Assembly (NCBI GenBank): GCA_034111325.1
Contig: JAWUXM010000002.1
Coordinates: 13,228 to 77,227 of the forward strand
Direction of reading: 5' to 3'
DNA length: 64,000 nt
DNA from: Rickettsiales bacterium
GTDB lineage: Bacteria > Pseudomonadota > Alphaproteobacteria > Rickettsiales > JABIRX01
The position numbers were made by a program, and so were the translations under genes. The first letter of the stretch is position 1, and every line of letters starts with the position of its first letter. The notes below the pieces were generated by a model. It had not been told where the DNA came from. It did no database searches and was given only the letters and a program-made list of their open reading frames with translations. Of this stretch, positions 54,692 to 64,000 are shown one piece after another.

Positions 54692-55534
54692 TTAATCTTC
54701 TAGATTTTCAGAGCGTTGGATAGTTAAGTCAGGAGCATCAATTGCTTTCATGCCGACAACGTGATAGCCAGAATCAACATATAGATTTTCGCCTGTAACA
54801 CCGCTACTTAAATCACTTACTAAATATAGCCCACTGCGTCCAATATCATCTAATGTGACATTTCTTTTAAGTGGCGAATTATATTCATTCCATTTTAACA
54901 TATAGCGGAAATCACCAATTCCGGCGGCAGCAAGAGTTTTCATTGGGCCAGCAGACATTGAGTTCACTCGGATGTTTTTACTGCCTAAATCACAAGCAAG
55001 ATAACGCACACTTGCTTCTAGAGCAGCTTTGGCAACGCCCATAACATTATAGTGAGGCATAACCTTCTCTGCGCCATAATAGCTCATAGTTACGAAGCTA
55101 CCGCCATTATGCATTAGTTTTTCAGCGCGCTTACAAATTGCTGTGAAGGAATAGCATGAGATATTCATAGTCATCGCGAAATTGCTGGCTGTTGTGTCAA
55201 CATAGCGACCTTTTAATTCATTCTTGTCAGAATAGGCAATGGCATGCACGACAAAGTCCAGCTCGCCCCATTCTTTATCAATTACAGAAAAAAGATTATC
55301 GATAGAAGCTTCATCTGTAACGTCGCATGGCAGAACCAACGTAGAACCAACAGAAGCGGCTAAGGGCACAACACGTTTTTGCAACACTTCCCCCTGATAA
55401 GAGAATGCAAGCTCAGCACCTTGTGCATGTGCTGCTTCAGCTATTGCCCAAGCGATTGACCGATTATTGGCAACGCCCATAATCAGGCCTTTTTTTCCTT
55501 TTAGTAAATTTCCTTGAAGAATATTTTCAGACAT
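54692..55534 (-). CDS. fabI: Enoyl-ACP reductase (NADH)
   Basis: 280 aa with GLIMGVANNRSIAWAIA. The YNVMGVAKAALE (Y-x6-K) and SAGPMKT motifs are typical of FabI. Confidence 0.9.
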   Translation of the reverse strand: MSENILQGNLLKGKKGLIMGVANNRSIAWAIAEAAHAQGAELAFSYQGEVLQKRVVPLAASVGSTLVLPCDVTDEASIDNLFSVIDKEWGELDFVVHAIAYSDKNELKGRYVDTTASNFAMTMNISCYSFTAICKRAEKLMHNGGSFVTMSYYGAEKVMPHYNVMGVAKAALEASVRYLACDLGSKNIRVNSMSAGPMKTLAAAGIGDFRYMLKWNEYNSPLKRNVTLDDIGRSGLYLVSDLSSGVTGENLYVDSGYHVVGMKAIDAPDLTIQRSENLED

Positions 55535-55555
55535 AAGTTAAAATAAGATAATTAG

Positions 55556-56107
55556 TTAATTTTGTACGTTTATAGCTTCCCAAAACCTTTCTCCTGTGCG
55601 ACAAGCTACAGCTTTAGCAGAGAATTGTTGTTGTTTGAAAGTAATTTTTTGTGAATATTCACGGCAATATTGTTTACTATCCTTTATCTCAAACGAATTA
55701 TCAACTATAACATCTCCTGCAAAGATTTTATCTTTACTAGACCAACTCAACGGCTTGCCATTTTGATAGTTTTCCAGAACGTTCTGCATTGTATTTTCAT
55801 AGAGCTTAATATCACTTGCAGAGACATCCTCTGCCTTGAGTAAGATTTCTAATTGCTCAGCAAAAGAGATGATTTTAAATGTTGTTTTTTTAGGGGGCAA
55901 GGGCTTTACAGCTTCCTGAATTTCTTTCTTTTCTTCAGCAACATCTTCTACGAAGGCCTTCTTAGGCACTTGCGGCGTTTTTGGCTTTGGTTCTTCCATA
56001 CCAAAAAAACTACGCTGACTACCATCGCCTTTAAGCAATATCTGCTTGATTGAACTACATGCAGTTAGCGATAAAGATAAAATAATAATTAAGCTCAGAT
56101 TCTTCAT
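55556..56107 (-). CDS. Lipoprotein with a C-terminal Cys-containing surface-antigen-like domain
   Basis: 183 aa with lipobox LTACSS. C-terminus reads QYCREYSQKITFKQQQFSAKAVACRTGERFWE. Confidence 0.55.
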   Translation of the reverse strand: MKNLSLIIILSLSLTACSSIKQILLKGDGSQRSFFGMEEPKPKTPQVPKKAFVEDVAEEKKEIQEAVKPLPPKKTTFKIISFAEQLEILLKAEDVSASDIKLYENTMQNVLENYQNGKPLSWSSKDKIFAGDVIVDNSFEIKDSKQYCREYSQKITFKQQQFSAKAVACRTGERFWEAINVQN

Positions 56108-56163
56108 GAAAAGTCCTTTTATAATTGCATCTACTCTAAAAAAGTTCCTCTATTTGTCAAACT

Positions 56164-57216
56164 TCATTTTATCGTATAATAGTTACTTTTCCTATAGGTT
56201 TTAACAATCAATCTTGTTAAAATACCAATCGTTGCCGTGACAGGAATAGCGAATAGAACACCAAGAAATCCAAACATGCTCGCGCCAGCTAATAAGGCAA
56301 ATATTATCCATACAGGGTGGATCCCGACCTTATCACCAACTAGCTTTGGTGTTACAAAAGTACCTTCAATAACTTGCCCAACCACAAACACCGCTAGTAC
56401 TGCTAATATTTCATTGGTCGAGTTAAACTGAAAAACGGCAACCCCCATACCGATAAACATCCCAATTGCGACGCCCACATATGGTATAAAACATAATATC
56501 CCAGTAAGGAAACCTATTAAGAAGCCAAAGTTCAACCCTAAGAAATTCAAGGCTAAGGCATATGTAATACCTAATAACAAACAAACATTTGTTTGACCCC
56601 GAATATAGGCTGAGAGCGTATTATCGATCAAACCAATCTGCTCCTTGACAACAGCAAGGTTCTTTTTCGGCACGATTGAGAGTAGCTTCGCTGTAATTAC
56701 ATGCCAATCCCGTAAAAGATAAAACGCTACCATTGGCGTTATAAAAATCAGCGATATGACACTTACTACCGCAAGCCCCGAATGCCAAATATTGGATACT
56801 AACAACCCTGATATTTTCAATGTGTATTGTGAAACATGCTCCAATAATAAATTACTATTATTAGAAATCAGCTCTACACCAACCATTTGATTAAGCGAAG
56901 CTATCAATGGTTTAAGCTTTATATCAAAATATTTGATATATTCAGGAGTGTGCTTGATTAAACCAATTAATTGGTCATATAGAACTGGCAGGATGGTTAT
57001 GGAGAATATGAATATAAATGCTAAGAACCCTAAAATAATCAATGCTGACGACAATCCTTTAGGAATTCCTATTTTCTCGAATCGATCGGCTGCTGGACGT
57101 AAAAAATAAGCAATTATTATTCCGACAACAAATGGCAGTAAAATACTGCTTACTCCATATAGGAATACCCCAAGAATAGCTAATAATGATAACCAGGCTA
57201 TATTATTCTTTTTCAT
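56164..57216 (-). CDS. AI-2E family transporter (PerM/UPF0118)
   Basis: 350 aa with ~8 TM segments. Motifs PFVVGIIIAYFLRP and VFALLAGASMFGFLGVLFAIP are typical of the family. Confidence 0.8.
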   Translation of the reverse strand: MKKNNIAWLSLLAILGVFLYGVSSILLPFVVGIIIAYFLRPAADRFEKIGIPKGLSSALIILGFLAFIFIFSITILPVLYDQLIGLIKHTPEYIKYFDIKLKPLIASLNQMVGVELISNNSNLLLEHVSQYTLKISGLLVSNIWHSGLAVVSVISLIFITPMVAFYLLRDWHVITAKLLSIVPKKNLAVVKEQIGLIDNTLSAYIRGQTNVCLLLGITYALALNFLGLNFGFLIGFLTGILCFIPYVGVAIGMFIGMGVAVFQFNSTNEILAVLAVFVVGQVIEGTFVTPKLVGDKVGIHPVWIIFALLAGASMFGFLGVLFAIPVTATIGILTRLIVKTYRKSNYYTIK

Positions 57217-57228
57217 AAACCGATTTGA

Positions 57229-58305
57229 TTATAATGGTGGTGTTAAAGTTAATATTTTTCCAAATAGTGAAACCTTGAAATTCGCGGCTTTTAAGGCATC
57301 AATCAAGGTGCTACCGTCATCTTCCGAATCAACAACTATATGTGCGTATCTTGCCGATATAGATTTAATTTTAAAGTTTTTTGCTTGCTCTATTGTAGAT
57401 AAACGTTGTTTTACTTTTACCCATTCCGATAGATTTGGCAACGCAATCAAAAATTCTTTTTTGCTAGCTGGCTGCTGCTGGGCATATTCGAGCACACCAC
57501 CATCTAATACAAAAACCGTCTGTTTTGCCAAAGCTACAAGATGTTGATATATGTCATCTTTTTTATCCGCAGTGATTTGCTGCGCAACAAAGACATTGTT
57601 CCAATCGTTAATTTGGCGAATCATTAGTTCAAATGAAACCTCATCGGCAATGGTCTGATAATCGTAGATAATCTGTGCTATTATGACTTTATCAGCTTTA
57701 TATTTCGCCTGCAAAAATTCTATTTTCTCAGCGGGCAAAGAGCCAATATTTTCCATATTCAACAATGTAATATCTTCTAAATCACCAAGTGGAGTTTTAA
57801 TTTCGACATTCGCGTTAGTTGAATATTCACGCCACATATCTAACCAGATATTTTCCGGCTGCCAAAGAATATTCGTACCATTCTCCGTAAATAACGGGAT
57901 GATTAAGAATGAATATTTATCTTTTGGCTTTTCAGTATCACCAGTATTTTTGGCTTCCTTTTTTTTCAAAAGAAACAAAGTATATTCAGGATTAAAAGAA
58001 ATATTTAAATTGGCACGGTAGCGTCTTTCAGAAAAGCGCTCTTTGTCAAATTCTATACCACTGACTAACTTGGTTACTTCCTTATCGCTATATTTAAGAT
58101 CCTGTGATTCTAGGCGATAGAGCAATATATCAAAGGCCTTCCTCTGCGCCTTACTAATAGCAGTTTGCCGAGCTTCATCTGCATCCTTACCGATCTCATC
58201 AACATAGATATTATTCACTTTAAATTTATCATCTTCTGCAGCCAGCGCTGAAAATGAACAACTCAAGAATATCAATAGGGCTGAAAATATTAGTTTAATT
58301 TGCAT
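57229..58305 (-). CDS. Exported hypothetical protein
   Basis: Track ORF runs to 58350. The ATG at 58305 gives the signal peptide [22 protein letters not shown]. No family recognised. Confidence 0.55.
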   Translation of the reverse strand: MQIKLIFSALLIFLSCSFSALAAEDDKFKVNNIYVDEIGKDADEARQTAISKAQRKAFDILLYRLESQDLKYSDKEVTKLVSGIEFDKERFSERRYRANLNISFNPEYTLFLLKKKEAKNTGDTEKPKDKYSFLIIPLFTENGTNILWQPENIWLDMWREYSTNANVEIKTPLGDLEDITLLNMENIGSLPAEKIEFLQAKYKADKVIIAQIIYDYQTIADEVSFELMIRQINDWNNVFVAQQITADKKDDIYQHLVALAKQTVFVLDGGVLEYAQQQPASKKEFLIALPNLSEWVKVKQRLSTIEQAKNFKIKSISARYAHIVVDSEDDGSTLIDALKAANFKVSLFGKILTLTPPL

Positions 58306-58690
58306 GGAATAAATTTTTAGGCATCCTAATCGGTTTAAAATTTCTATCAATAGATACTATTTTAACTTTTATATCAGCAATTGCCACACCATCTATTTCT
58401 ATCTTCTGTAGCATTTCAACTGATGCACCTCCTAAGTTTTCTAATATAGTATGAACCTCTATTAAATCATCCAACCTTGCTGGTTTGATGATTTCCATAT
58501 TAACATTTTTTACAACGAACAAAACCCCTTCTGCATTATTTAGCTCAGATTGGTTCACGCCTAAATCACGCAAAAGCTCAGTGCGCGCTCTTTCAGCAAA
58601 TTTAAGATAATTCGCGTAATAAACAACGCCGCCTGCATCAGTATCTTCATAATAGATGCGATAAGTAACTTTATGATTCTGGGATATCAT
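58295..58690 (-). CDS. ybgC: YbgC-like acyl-CoA thioesterase (hotdog fold)
   Basis: From the ATG at 58690: [41 protein letters not shown], the 4HBT/YbgC signature. The track's N-terminal extension overlaps ruvB. Confidence 0.8.
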   Translation of the reverse strand: MISQNHKVTYRIYYEDTDAGGVVYYANYLKFAERARTELLRDLGVNQSELNNAEGVLFVVKNVNMEIIKPARLDDLIEVHTILENLGGASVEMLQKIEIDGVAIADIKVKIVSIDRNFKPIRMPKNLFHAN

Positions 58691-59720
58691 CAAAAATCTC
58701 TGGTTGATTGGCGTTATTATTGGCCGGTGGAACCATACCAATATGTATAAAGGATTTACTGGTGATGATGCGCCCACGTGGTGTTTTAGCAACAAATCCA
58801 TTTTGGATCAAATATGGCTCAATTGTCTCTTCGATTGAATCTTTTTGTTCAGACAATGCCGCTGCAATTGTCTCTACTCCGACTGGTCCACCTGCATAAT
58901 TTTCAGCAATAAACATTAGATAACGGCGATCTGATAAATCCAGACCATATTTATCAACCTCTAATTTCTGCAAGGCAAAATCTGCTACTTCTAAAGTAAT
59001 TATCTCGCTACCAGCAACCGAAGCAAAGTCCCTAACTCTGCGTAGCAACCGTAGCGCAATTCTTGGTGTGCCACGTGAACGTTTGGCGATTTCTTCTGCC
59101 CCTCCTTCATCAGGCTGGCATTGGAGAATCTTAGCTGCACGCGTAATGACTTGTTTGAGCTCGGCAATATCATAAAATTGCAAACGAGTAGGAATTCCGA
59201 AGCGATCACGCAATGGTCCGGAAATCAGCCCCATTCTTGTAGTTGCACCAACTAATGTAAATTCTGGCAAGTCAATCCTTATTGATCTCGCCGTTGGCCC
59301 TTCGCCAATAATTATATCTAATTTAAAATCCTCCATTGCTGAATAAAGCACTTCTTCAACTGACGGAGTTAAGCGGTGAATTTCATCGATAAATAAAACA
59401 TCACCTTTTTGCAGATTGGTAAGAATAGCCGCTAAATCCCCCGCCTTGGATAACATCGGTCCAGAAGTTGCTTTAAAATTCACCCCCATTTCCTTGGAGA
59501 TAATTGACGCGATTGTTGTTTTGCCTAAACCCGGAGGACCATAAAGCAAAATATGATCGAGTACATCTTCACGATTTTTCGCAGCATGGATGAATATGGA
59601 AAGATTCTCCTTAACCTGCTTTTGACCAATAAACTCACTAAAACTCTGTGGCCGCACAGGGTTGCCTACATGTTCATCGAGAACTTCTTCTGGACTGACT
59701 ATGCGATTATCTTCTTTCAT
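58671..59720 (-). CDS. ruvB: Holliday junction helicase RuvB
   Basis: 349 aa with [12 protein letters not shown] (Walker A), [10 protein letters not shown] (Walker B) and the RTPRGR region. Confidence 0.95.
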   Translation of the reverse strand: MKEDNRIVSPEEVLDEHVGNPVRPQSFSEFIGQKQVKENLSIFIHAAKNREDVLDHILLYGPPGLGKTTIASIISKEMGVNFKATSGPMLSKAGDLAAILTNLQKGDVLFIDEIHRLTPSVEEVLYSAMEDFKLDIIIGEGPTARSIRIDLPEFTLVGATTRMGLISGPLRDRFGIPTRLQFYDIAELKQVITRAAKILQCQPDEGGAEEIAKRSRGTPRIALRLLRRVRDFASVAGSEIITLEVADFALQKLEVDKYGLDLSDRRYLMFIAENYAGGPVGVETIAAALSEQKDSIEETIEPYLIQNGFVAKTPRGRIITSKSFIHIGMVPPANNNANQPEIFDDIPES

Positions 59721-60328
59721 TTAGCTAATAATTTAAGACTCTCGGTGATGAGTTTTGATAGATCCACCTCATTATCATTACTATATATTTTTTTCACACA
59801 ATCAAGGGCTGCTAGGCGCTGATAGCCAAGATTTTCCAACGCTGAAACTGCATCGAATAAGATCTGATTACCTTTATTAACAGGGGTTTTTTCAGCTGAG
59901 CTTGCAAGATTCGCTCCGCCTAATGGGATTTTGGCAATTTTATCTTTCAACTCAGCAACTATCCGCTGCCCTGCTTTTGGCCCAACGCCGCTAACTCGTG
60001 TAAATGCAGTTTTGTCCTGCATAAGAATAGCGTCATAAATATCCTGCGGGGTCATCAAACCTAAAATTGCCAAAGCAGTTTTTGCACCTATGCCACTGAT
60101 TTTATTAAGCTCCAAAAACCAATGTTTTTCATCTGCTTCTGCGAAACCAAAAAGATGGATATGATCCTCGCGAACGTGGGTATGAATGAATAATGTGGCA
60201 GACTCGCCTTTGACTAAACGATCAAGAATCCGCACTGGGCAAAAGATCTCATAGCCAACGCCATTAACATCAAGCAAACAAAAATCCTTGCCTATTTCGT
60301 CTATTATTCCTTTTAACTTTCCTATCAT
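59717..60328 (-). CDS. ruvA: Holliday junction DNA helicase RuvA
   Basis: 203 aa with [12 protein letters not shown]...VGYEI and the HhH region [13 protein letters not shown]...[12 protein letters not shown]. Confidence 0.93.
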   Translation of the reverse strand: MIGKLKGIIDEIGKDFCLLDVNGVGYEIFCPVRILDRLVKGESATLFIHTHVREDHIHLFGFAEADEKHWFLELNKISGIGAKTALAILGLMTPQDIYDAILMQDKTAFTRVSGVGPKAGQRIVAELKDKIAKIPLGGANLASSAEKTPVNKGNQILFDAVSALENLGYQRLAALDCVKKIYSNDNEVDLSKLITESLKLLAK

Positions 60329-60335
60329 TTTTATA

Positions 60336-60396
60336 AATTAATTTTTTTGCGCCCTTTTTAGTAAATGTCCTGTTTTCACTCGAGTCACGTATGAAG
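60336..60396. repeat. Dispersed intergenic repeat, copy B (upstream of ruvA)
   Basis: aaattaatttttttgcgccctttttagtaaat... Its 30-nt core is the inverted complement of 60975-61006 with two mismatches, and it aligns with 50066-50128. Confidence 0.55.
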
Positions 60397-60444
60397 CCAG
60401 ACCTAGTTTATTCCAGCATCTTGATTAATTGTAAACGGAAAAAC

Positions 60445-60936
60445 CTAGGAAGCTTTGAGTTTATGAATGGACAAATGTTGAGTATGGCAAATCGCTGCGG
60501 CCACCGCATCGGCCTCATCAAAAGCAGTAATGTTAGAATTAGGCAGAAGATATTTAAGCATAGCAACAACTTGCTGCTTATCCGCCCTGCCTGCGCCTAC
60601 GACAGTTTTTTTGATTAAAGTTGCGGCATATTCATAAATTGGCAAACCACTCAACACACAAGAAAGCATTATCGCCCCGCGTGCATGTCCTAACTTTAGC
60701 GATGAAATTGGATTTTTATTTACAAAAGTCTCTTCAATGGCAACGGAGTCCGGCTGATAATCTTTTATCACCTGCTCAATGGTCTCATGAAGCTCTAATA
60801 AACGCTCTGCGATTGGTTTTTTATTATTGGTAGTAACTGTGCCTGACGCTATGTAGGTAAGGCTATTATTGTGAAATTTAACAATCCCCCAACCGCATGT
60901 TCCAAGCGCCGGATCTATTCCTAATATTATCGTCAT
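60445..60936 (-). CDS. ruvC: Holliday junction resolvase RuvC
   Basis: 163 aa with ILGIDPALGTCGWGIV and the catalytic acidic pattern (D..E..D.ADA). Confidence 0.92.
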   Translation of the reverse strand: MTIILGIDPALGTCGWGIVKFHNNSLTYIASGTVTTNNKKPIAERLLELHETIEQVIKDYQPDSVAIEETFVNKNPISSLKLGHARGAIMLSCVLSGLPIYEYAATLIKKTVVGAGRADKQQVVAMLKYLLPNSNITAFDEADAVAAAICHTQHLSIHKLKAS

Positions 60937-60974
60937 AATTCCTCCCCTCTTTTCTTTTTATCTCTTGGTTTTTT

Positions 60975-61006
60975 ATTCACTAAAAAGGGCGCAAAAAGAT
61001 TAATTT
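60975..61006. repeat. Dispersed intergenic repeat, copy C (inverted, upstream of ruvC and overlapping the yebC stop)
   Basis: attcactaaaaagggcgcaaaaagattaattt is the reverse complement of the copy B core, apart from two mismatches. Confidence 0.55.
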
Positions 61007-61722
61007 TCAATTTCAAAATTGTGATAAACTTTTTGCATATCATCATCATCTTCAAGTGCGTCTATCATTTTAAGTAATGTAACTGCTTTTTCTTCATCAA
61101 CTTCTATAGGAGTTTTTGCCTGCCAAACCAAAGCTGCACTTTCAGGGTCTCCATATTTAACAACTAAACCATCGCGCACTGCAGCAAAATCATCAATCGC
61201 ACAAGTAATAATATGAAACTCCTCATCAGACTCTGCCGACTCTGCGCCTAACTCAACGGCTACTTCGAATATCTCGTCACTACTTGCCACAGTTGCAGGA
61301 AAAACAATCTCACCAACATGCTCAAACATGAAATTCACGCTACCAGTTTCGCCAAGTGAGCCCGATGCTTTGCTAAATATCGTTCGCACAGAAGACGCCG
61401 TACGGTTTTTATTGTCCGTTAAAGCTTCGACGATAAAGGCTGTCCCGCCTGCGCCGTAGCCCTCATAACGCATCTCTTCATAATTCTCCCCAGAATCCGC
61501 ACCGCTACCTTTTTTGATAGCATTATCAATACGCTCTTTTGGTAGATTTTGTGAGCGTGCAGCAATAAGTGCGCCCCGTAAGCGTGGGTTACCATCAGGG
61601 TCATCACCACCCTTGGCAGCGACGGTAATTTCTCGTACTAATTTTGTAAAAATCTTCGCACGCTTTTTATCCTGTGCGCCTTTACGGTGTTTGATATTTG
61701 CAAATTGTGAATGACCTGCCAT
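61000..61722 (-). CDS. yebC: YebC/PmpR family transcriptional regulator
   Basis: 240 aa with [28 protein letters not shown], the family signature. Confidence 0.92.
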   Translation of the reverse strand: MAGHSQFANIKHRKGAQDKKRAKIFTKLVREITVAAKGGDDPDGNPRLRGALIAARSQNLPKERIDNAIKKGSGADSGENYEEMRYEGYGAGGTAFIVEALTDNKNRTASSVRTIFSKASGSLGETGSVNFMFEHVGEIVFPATVASSDEIFEVAVELGAESAESDEEFHIITCAIDDFAAVRDGLVVKYGDPESAALVWQAKTPIEVDEEKAVTLLKMIDALEDDDDMQKVYHNFEIEN

Positions 61723-61724
61723 CG

Positions 61725-62927
61725 CTAATTACCTAATGCATTCTCAAAATCTTTCTGTAAATCAATGACATCCTCAAGACCAATCGACAAACGCAACAAA
61801 CCACCTGTAATGCCGAGCTTTATTTGCTCCGCCTCTTCAATATTTGAATGAGTCGTAGTTGCAGGATGCGTGATTATGCTTTTGCTATCACCAAGATTGT
61901 TGGAGATATCAACCAAACGCAGCTTATTCATTAGTTTAAAAGCTTCGGCTTTACCTCCCTCTACCTCAAAAGCGATTAATGAACCACCGCTCTTCATTTG
62001 CTTTTGTGCTAACTCATATTGCGGATGCGACTGCAAACCCGGATAGATAACTTTGGCAATTTTGCTATGGCTCTCTAGAAACTCAGCTATTTTTTGTGCA
62101 TTGGCAACATGTCGCTCAATACGCAAATTGAACGTTTCTAGTGATTTCAGAACCACCCATGCATTAAACGGGCTCAGCGCTGCACCAGTATGGCGGTGAA
62201 ACGGCAACAAGGTTTCAGTGATAAATTCTTCACTACTAAGCACTGCGCCGCCTAATGTTTTTCCACCACCATCGAAATGTTTAGTTGTTGAATAAACCAC
62301 AATATCAGCACCTAAAGCAAAAGGCTTTTGTCCATATGGCGTTGCAAAAATATTATCGACGATAAAACTCGCCCCATGTTTTTTACAAAGTTTGCCAACA
62401 AATTCGACGTCAGTTAATTCAAGGTTTGGGTTAGCTGGCGATTCAACAAATACTACTTTCGTATTTTCCTTAAATGCGGCCTCCCAAGCAGCATTATCTT
62501 TGCTATCAACAAAAGTTACTTCCACACCATAATTTGGCAGAATGTTTTTGATAATATGGTAACAAGAACCAAATAGCACTTTACCTGCAATGATATGATC
62601 ACCCGCTTTGATCTGACACATAATAGCCGAGAAAACAGCAGCCATGCCGCTCGCCGTTACGCAACAAGCCTCCGCACCCTCCTCTAAAAGAGTCAGCCTA
62701 TCCTCAAGCATTTTAAGATTTGGATTCACATAGCGTGAATATACATAGCCCGGCTCTTCCCCGTTAAAGCGACGCTCAGCCGTTTCTGCATCATTATAGC
62801 AAAATCCTGAATTTAGAAAAATCGCCTCGCTCGTCTCACCGAAATTTGAACGCAGTGTTCCACCACGCACCAACTTGGTTTGCGTGCTTGTATTTTTGGG
62901 TAAATCCTTATTTTTATAATTTGTCAT
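61725..62927 (-). CDS. Cys/Met-metabolism PLP enzyme, O-succinylhomoserine sulfhydrylase (MetZ)-like
   Basis: 400 aa with [13 protein letters not shown] and the PLP-lysine motif [11 protein letters not shown]. Confidence 0.8.
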   Translation of the reverse strand: MTNYKNKDLPKNTSTQTKLVRGGTLRSNFGETSEAIFLNSGFCYNDAETAERRFNGEEPGYVYSRYVNPNLKMLEDRLTLLEEGAEACCVTASGMAAVFSAIMCQIKAGDHIIAGKVLFGSCYHIIKNILPNYGVEVTFVDSKDNAAWEAAFKENTKVVFVESPANPNLELTDVEFVGKLCKKHGASFIVDNIFATPYGQKPFALGADIVVYSTTKHFDGGGKTLGGAVLSSEEFITETLLPFHRHTGAALSPFNAWVVLKSLETFNLRIERHVANAQKIAEFLESHSKIAKVIYPGLQSHPQYELAQKQMKSGGSLIAFEVEGGKAEAFKLMNKLRLVDISNNLGDSKSIITHPATTTHSNIEEAEQIKLGITGGLLRLSIGLEDVIDLQKDFENALGN

Positions 62928-63125
62928 TTCTTTAGCAATTTGGTTGGTGCGTAGGATAAGAAAAGCTGCCTAATTTGCAAGAAAGTTGACCGCAACTGCC
63001 TACATATGAATATATGTTGCATTTGCAGCCATTTGCAATATACTAAAGTTACGGGGGTGCTGAACCCAGAAATTTTTGATTTGGTTTCAACAGCCTCATG
63101 ATAACAAATATTTCTGAGGTTTATT

Positions 63126-63383
63126 ATGACTAACACCACAATCCAAGCACGCATAAATCCTAAGTTAAAAGCCGAAGCAGACGCAATCTTCGCTGCCATT
63201 GGCTTAAAAACATCTGATGCTATTCGCATGTTTCTCAAACAAACAGTGAATGAGGGCGGCCTGCCTTTTAAACCAAGCGCTAAAGTGCCTAACAAATCAA
63301 CAATAGCAGCTATGGAGGAAGATATAAAAGGCTTAAAGTCCTATCAAAATGCAGATGAGTTATTTAAAGATTTAGGAATGTAA
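63126..63383 (+). CDS. dinJ: Type II antitoxin, RelB/DinJ family
   Basis: 85 aa with TIQARINPKLKAEADAIFAAIGLKTSDAIRMFLKQTVNEGGLPF. Abuts the toxin gene (stop TAA is directly followed by ATG). Confidence 0.85.
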   Translation: MTNTTIQARINPKLKAEADAIFAAIGLKTSDAIRMFLKQTVNEGGLPFKPSAKVPNKSTIAAMEEDIKGLKSYQNADELFKDLGM

Positions 63384-63656
63384 ATGTTAAACATCACCCC
63401 CAAATCTCAGTTCAAAAAAGACCTAAAGCGCTGTAAGAAAAGAGGAAAAGACACTAGTAAAATCAAAGCATTGATTGATTTACTCGCAGAAAAACAAAAA
63501 CTGCCAAGCAAATATCGCGATCATACCCTGACTGGAAACTACGTTAATCATCGAGAATTCCATATAGAACCAGATTGGTTACTAATATATCAGATCATTG
63601 ATCAAAACTTGATATTGGCTCGTACAGGCTCGCACGCAGATTTATTCAGCAAATAA
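63384..63656 (+). CDS. yafQ: Type II toxin, YafQ/RelE-family mRNA interferase
   Basis: 90 aa with FKKDLKRCKKRGKD...HTLTGNYVNHREFHIEPDWLLIYQ...LARTGSHADLF. Confidence 0.85.
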   Translation: MLNITPKSQFKKDLKRCKKRGKDTSKIKALIDLLAEKQKLPSKYRDHTLTGNYVNHREFHIEPDWLLIYQIIDQNLILARTGSHADLFSK

Positions 63657-63839
63657 TTGACTTCTAATGTGTTTTGGATAAAACACGCTCTTGCAATTAT
63701 ATTGTCATTGCCTGAATCCCACAGCGATTCTAAGGCAATATAGGACAATTACAAAAAGCATCTGGTTCTTTGCTCCTAGACTCCCCTATAATTCTTGCAG
63801 AATTCAGGGAGTGACACAGTCCAGCTATTTTGATTTATT

Positions 63840-63915
63840 GGGGCTATGGCGCAGTTGGTAGCGCGCTTGCATGGCATGCAAGAGGTCGTCGGTTCGACTC
63901 CGACTAGCTCCACCA
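63840..63915 (+). tRNA. tRNA-Ala (anticodon GGC)
   Basis: GGGGCTATGGCGCAGTTGGTAGCGCGCTTGCATGGCATGCAAGAGGTCGTCGGTTCGACTCCGACTAGCTCCACCA. Has the G3:U70 identity pair, the anticodon loop ATGGCAT, and an encoded CCA. Confidence 0.9.
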
Positions 63916-64000
63916 AAACCTTGGAATATTACCGACAAGTCTATTTCTGTCACTTATTTCCCTGTAAAGCTTCTCTCTACTATTGAAAATTTAGTGATGA

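Noticed and set aside
62924-63295. 123-aa minus-strand ORF
   Set aside because: It overlaps the well-supported dinJ-like antitoxin on the opposite strand and the promoter region, and has no recognisable features.

Overview
This 64-kb window comes from a low-GC chromosome that looks alphaproteobacterial. All family assignments below rest on motifs I recognised by eye, gene order and the supplied ORF track. No database search or HMM was run.

Host backbone, left side: nuoG (partial), then nuoF, E, D, C, B and A, all on the minus strand. These are followed by an HExxH-containing putative outer-membrane protein, tadA and a BON-domain lipoprotein.

Host backbone, right side:
- tRNA-Ile(GAU) and three small lipoproteins
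- prfB with its programmed +1 frameshift
- an F-box/ankyrin eukaryote-like protein
- gmk, an SDR, fabI and an AI-2E transporter
- ybgC, ruvB, ruvA, ruvC and yebC
- a MetZ-like PLP enzyme, dinJ-yafQ and tRNA-Ala(GGC)

Prophage: positions 8380-50033 (about 41.6 kb) form an apparently intact temperate prophage. It sits in the 3' end of tRNA-Ile(GAU) and is bounded by a perfect 54-bp direct repeat. Integrase and excisionase lie next to the intact tRNA.
- One long minus-strand operon runs from a Cro-like gene through DUF1064, a Ref-like HNH and DUF1376 to terS and terL.
- Its virion module follows T7 order: portal, scaffold, capsid, tubular A and B, internal proteins A to D, then tail fibres.
- The head genes look BPP-1-like (Bbp19/scaffold/MCP/Bbp16 order).
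- No phage RNA or DNA polymerase gene is visible.
- The plus-strand side carries a CI-like repressor with an outer-membrane beta-barrel moron. It also carries an early operon with a DUF2829/Tad2-like gene, a PD-(D/E)XK exonuclease and a Sak4-like ATPase.

Most noteworthy items:
- a 2546-aa protein in the gp16 position, with an ART-like H-Y-E motif set and two HExxH motifs
- a GT-A glycosyltransferase translationally coupled to the portal gene
- an uncharacterised plus-strand accessory cassette at the left prophage end (XRE regulator plus unknown proteins)
- candidate integrase arm-type sites
- a reused promoter/operator motif
- a host F-box/ankyrin effector candidate
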